20,000 nucleotides of DNA, taken from positions 57,534 through 77,533 of IMG/VR virus record IMGVR_UViG_3300042509_001805; one strand, 5' to 3'. The notes under the pieces are model-generated. The model saw only the letters and a list, made by a program, of their open reading frames with translations, was not told the DNA's origin and made no database searches. Source of the DNA: an uncultured virus (IMG/VR IMGVR_UViG_3300042509_001805) (taxonomy: Duplodnaviria; Heunggongvirae; Uroviricota; Caudoviricetes). Of the stretch, positions 17,393-20,000 are shown in pieces. A program made the translations under genes and the position numbers. Each line of letters opens with the position of its first letter. The stretch's first letter is position 1.

Positions 17393-18944
17393 AACACATT
17401 TTAGCTTGCAGCACGGTTTTTGCAAACCTGATAAACTTTCTAAAAAATGCGCTGATTATGGTTACACATCTTGCGGAATCGCAGATTTTGGAACCTTGTC
17501 TGGTGCAGTTGACTTTCATCAAAATTGCACTAAATATGGTATCAAGCCAATAATTGGGTGCGAATTTGATGGATACATTCTTTATGCTAAAAACAAAAAC
17601 GGATGGTTTGACTTGGTTAAATATGTATCAAACCAAACACTGGATGTTTTAAAAGAAATAGCAAAAAATGGAAATGTACTTTGTGTAACACCATCTGTAA
17701 ACGGTTTTGCTAATCTATTTAAATCAAACCATATTCAACTAGATTATCCAAGTGAAGCTATCTATTATGTGGAAAAAAATGATGCAGATTGTCATAGAAT
17801 TATGCTTTGTGGTAAGCTAAAAACAACACTAAAGAAAATTAAATTACTGGAAGTAAACGAGTACAGCCAGTTTTTTGATGATAATGACAGATGGTATTTA
17901 CCATCCAATGATGAAATTCTAGACAGGTCTAAAAATATCGCTAAAATAGTTGACGCTTGCGAAGCTTACGAGCTTGCTGGACCTCCTATGCTTCCTGCTT
18001 TTGAATGTCCAACTGGCTATGATGAAGACGAGTATTTGACTGAACTTTGTAGAAGTGGCTGGAAAAATAAATTAGTTCCATTCAAAAAAATATCAACAGA
18101 AGAACAAAAGAGTATTTACGCAGAAAGAGTAAAGCATGAACTTAAGGTTATATTCAAGGCTAAACTTTCTGGTTATTTCTTGATTGTTCAAGATATCATT
18201 CGATGGGTTAAATCAAAAGGTTGGCTTGCTGGTCCGGGACGAGGCAGTGCCGCAGGATGCCTTATTTCTTATCTACTTGATATAACTGAAGTAGATCCAA
18301 TAGAATATGATTTGATCTTCGAAAGGTTTTATAATGAAGGAAGAAACACCGATGGTAACGTGGCTATTCCAGATATTGATATGGATATACCAGCCGAACA
18401 CCGCGACGAAGTTATTGATTATATCAAACAAAAATATGGAGCGTCTAACGTATCTCAAATGATAACATTTGGAAGACTGCAAGGCAGAGCGGCCATAAAA
18501 GAAGTTCTTAGAATCAATGAGGCTGTGTCATTCGCAGAAATGAATGCTATAACAGATAGTATTCCTGACGAAGCTAAAATTTCTGACCAGTTAGAGCTTA
18601 TGGAAGAAAAGTCAATCATCAAGTGGGCGTTAGAAAATGAACCAGATAATTTAAGGAATTGGTGCTTCTATAATGACAATGAAAAGCTTGATGGTCCTTT
18701 GGCGAATTTGTTTGAACAAGCTATAAAAATAGAAGGAACAAATAAGTCTCAAGGTAAACACCCTGCTGGTGTTATTATATCGAAACACAAGCTAAATGAA
18801 GTTTGTCCAATGACAAGTGATAAGTCTGGAGATTCTATTGTTGCTTTTGAAATGAATGCTTTGGAATACCAAGGCCATATAAAATTTGATGTTCTGGGAA
18901 TTGATTTACTTTCTAAGATAATGGAGATTTGTGAAAATGACTGA
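17367..18944 (+). CDS. dnaE: DNA polymerase III alpha subunit, N-terminal part only (PHP plus palm/thumb)
   Basis: THFSL, IKPIIGCE, GYFLIVQD, GPGRGSAAG, LIFERF, PDIDMD, KHPAGVII and IKFDVLG; ends 14 aa after KFDVLG. Confidence 0.92.
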   Translation: MTWNPINCKTHFSLQHGFCKPDKLSKKCADYGYTSCGIADFGTLSGAVDFHQNCTKYGIKPIIGCEFDGYILYAKNKNGWFDLVKYVSNQTLDVLKEIAKNGNVLCVTPSVNGFANLFKSNHIQLDYPSEAIYYVEKNDADCHRIMLCGKLKTTLKKIKLLEVNEYSQFFDDNDRWYLPSNDEILDRSKNIAKIVDACEAYELAGPPMLPAFECPTGYDEDEYLTELCRSGWKNKLVPFKKISTEEQKSIYAERVKHELKVIFKAKLSGYFLIVQDIIRWVKSKGWLAGPGRGSAAGCLISYLLDITEVDPIEYDLIFERFYNEGRNTDGNVAIPDIDMDIPAEHRDEVIDYIKQKYGASNVSQMITFGRLQGRAAIKEVLRINEAVSFAEMNAITDSIPDEAKISDQLELMEEKSIIKWALENEPDNLRNWCFYNDNEKLDGPLANLFEQAIKIEGTNKSQGKHPAGVIISKHKLNEVCPMTSDKSGDSIVAFEMNALEYQGHIKFDVLGIDLLSKIMEICEND

Positions 18945-19167
18945 CAATCGAGACGTTTATAAGGCTGTAATTTTTGACGGTGCTATCATAGAATCAAACG
19001 GAGTGTCTTTGTGCAACCTTGAAGATGCTATGCGAGGAAATTCTTTTATACCGCGAGCAAAGTACCAAGTGTGGTCAGATCGGCACAAGTTTCATGAGTT
19101 GTTCTTTAGTATTGATGAAGCTGTAGAAAAATTCTTAGAACTCAAGTCTAGAAAGAATTGGAACTAA
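18937..19167 (+). CDS. Hypothetical protein
   Basis: 76-78-aa ORF with upstream GGAG, overlapping the dnaE stop. Confidence 0.65.
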   Translation: MTDNRDVYKAVIFDGAIIESNGVSLCNLEDAMRGNSFIPRAKYQVWSDRHKFHELFFSIDEAVEKFLELKSRKNWN

Positions 19168-19168
19168 T

Positions 19169-19591
19169 ATGGAAATAGAAGTTTCTAATGGTGAAGTAAT
19201 TGACAAATTAACTATTTTGAATATAAAGTCTGAGAAAATTAAAGATCAAGAAAAACTTGAGAATATCCATCGCGAATTGCATTTTCTAAGGATGAAGTCT
19301 ACCGAGTGGTGGAGTTATTGGGAAAAAGAGATACTTCCTTTATTTGATAGTTTACTATCGGTTAATCGGCAACTTTGGGATATTGAAGATAAAATACGCG
19401 AGCTAGATAATGAGGTATTTCTACCACGTTTAGATGCTGCTATACAATCTGTATACCGTTTTTCTAAAGTTTGTGAATATATAGAGTGCGCAAGAATGGT
19501 TTATACGTTGAATGATAAACGATCTAAAATCAAACGCGAAATCAATGAAATTACCAAGTCTGGAATAATAGAAGAAAAATCTCATTTTTAG
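19169..19591 (+). CDS. DUF6165-like protein
   Basis: EVSNGEVIDKLTILNIK...VNRQLWDIEDKIR...ARMVYTLNDKRSKIKREIN...EEKS matches this family as I recall it. Confidence 0.8.
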   Translation: MEIEVSNGEVIDKLTILNIKSEKIKDQEKLENIHRELHFLRMKSTEWWSYWEKEILPLFDSLLSVNRQLWDIEDKIRELDNEVFLPRLDAAIQSVYRFSKVCEYIECARMVYTLNDKRSKIKREINEITKSGIIEEKSHF

Positions 19592-19601
19592 AAAGATTTA
19601 T

Positions 19602-20000
19602 ATGAATCATCGGGATATAATCGTGTTTGATTTTGAAACGACTGGCAGGAATCCATTAAAGTGTCAACCAACACAAATTGCCGCTGTAGCTATACATGCT
19701 AGAAAGTTGACAATACAACCCGGAGGAGTTTTTGAAAGTAATATACGTTGCATAGTAGATGACGAAAAGGCTATAGCGGCTGGTTTTGACCCAGTAGAAG
19801 AAGGCGCTCTTGAAGTTACTAGAAAAACAAGAGATCAAATATCTAAAGGACCATCGCCAAAAGTAGTATGGCAAAAGTTCACCCAGTTTTGCGAAAAATT
19901 TAACTTCAACAAGACCTCATTTTCTGCCCCAATAGCGGCTGGTTATAATATCAATAGTTATGATATGCCGATTGTACAAAGAATGTGTGAAATGTATGGT
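19602..20000 (+). CDS. DEDDh 3'-5' exonuclease (DnaQ/epsilon-like), truncated by the window end
   Basis: Not in the ORF track because it has no stop. MNHRDIIVFDFETTG (ExoI) ... AGYNINSYDMPIV (ExoII). Confidence 0.88.
   Translation, partial: MNHRDIIVFDFETTGRNPLKCQPTQIAAVAIHARKLTIQPGGVFESNIRCIVDDEKAIAAGFDPVEEGALEVTRKTRDQISKGPSPKVVWQKFTQFCEKFNFNKTSFSAPIAAGYNINSYDMPIVQRMCEMYG

Noticed and set aside
18937..19167. ORF as a frameshifted continuation of DnaE
   Set aside because: It lacks the expected GVFQxES motif, and readthrough of the dnaE TGA meets TAA after five codons.
1..20000. Stop-codon reassignment as seen in some large phages
   Set aside because: Conserved genes are unbroken in code 11, and TAA, TAG and TGA all end genes at sensible positions.
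1..20000. Minus-strand ORFs and nested alternative-frame + ORFs in the track (e.g. 378-560, 5145-5402, 2325-2588, 6403-6588, 6929-7114, 19656-19874)
   Set aside because: They are short shadows lying over well-supported + strand genes and have no recognisable motifs.

Overview
AT-rich, densely packed window in which every credible gene is on the + strand, most overlapping or abutting. The content is the nucleotide-metabolism and replication/recombination module of a large tailed bacteriophage (inference from gene set and packing; standard genetic code). In order: 3' end of nrdB, an exported trypsin-like protease, a tRNA-like RNA, thyX, a Tat-signal-like protein, a metallophosphoesterase, MazG, a tail-tube-like protein, PhoH, an FmdB-type zinc ribbon, five hypotheticals, RecA/UvsX with a LAGLIDADG intein, an exostosin-like glycosyltransferase, a Vsr/DUF559-like nuclease, DnaB, primase, dNMP kinase, a Cas4/RecB-like nuclease, a second glycosyltransferase-like gene, an N-terminal-only DnaE, a DUF6165-like gene and a DnaQ-like exonuclease running off the end. 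Most notable: (1) a non-canonical tRNA-like structure with an elongated anticodon arm before thyX, sharing an exact 12-mer with a second intergenic hairpin; (2) a class 3 (WCT) intein starting with Asp in the RecA P-loop; (3) a DnaE that stops just after its third catalytic Asp, with no split intein and a degenerate PHP domain; (4) glycosyltransferase-like genes wedged between core replication genes; (5) an internally duplicated tube-like protein. All family calls come from motif recognition by eye; no searches were run.
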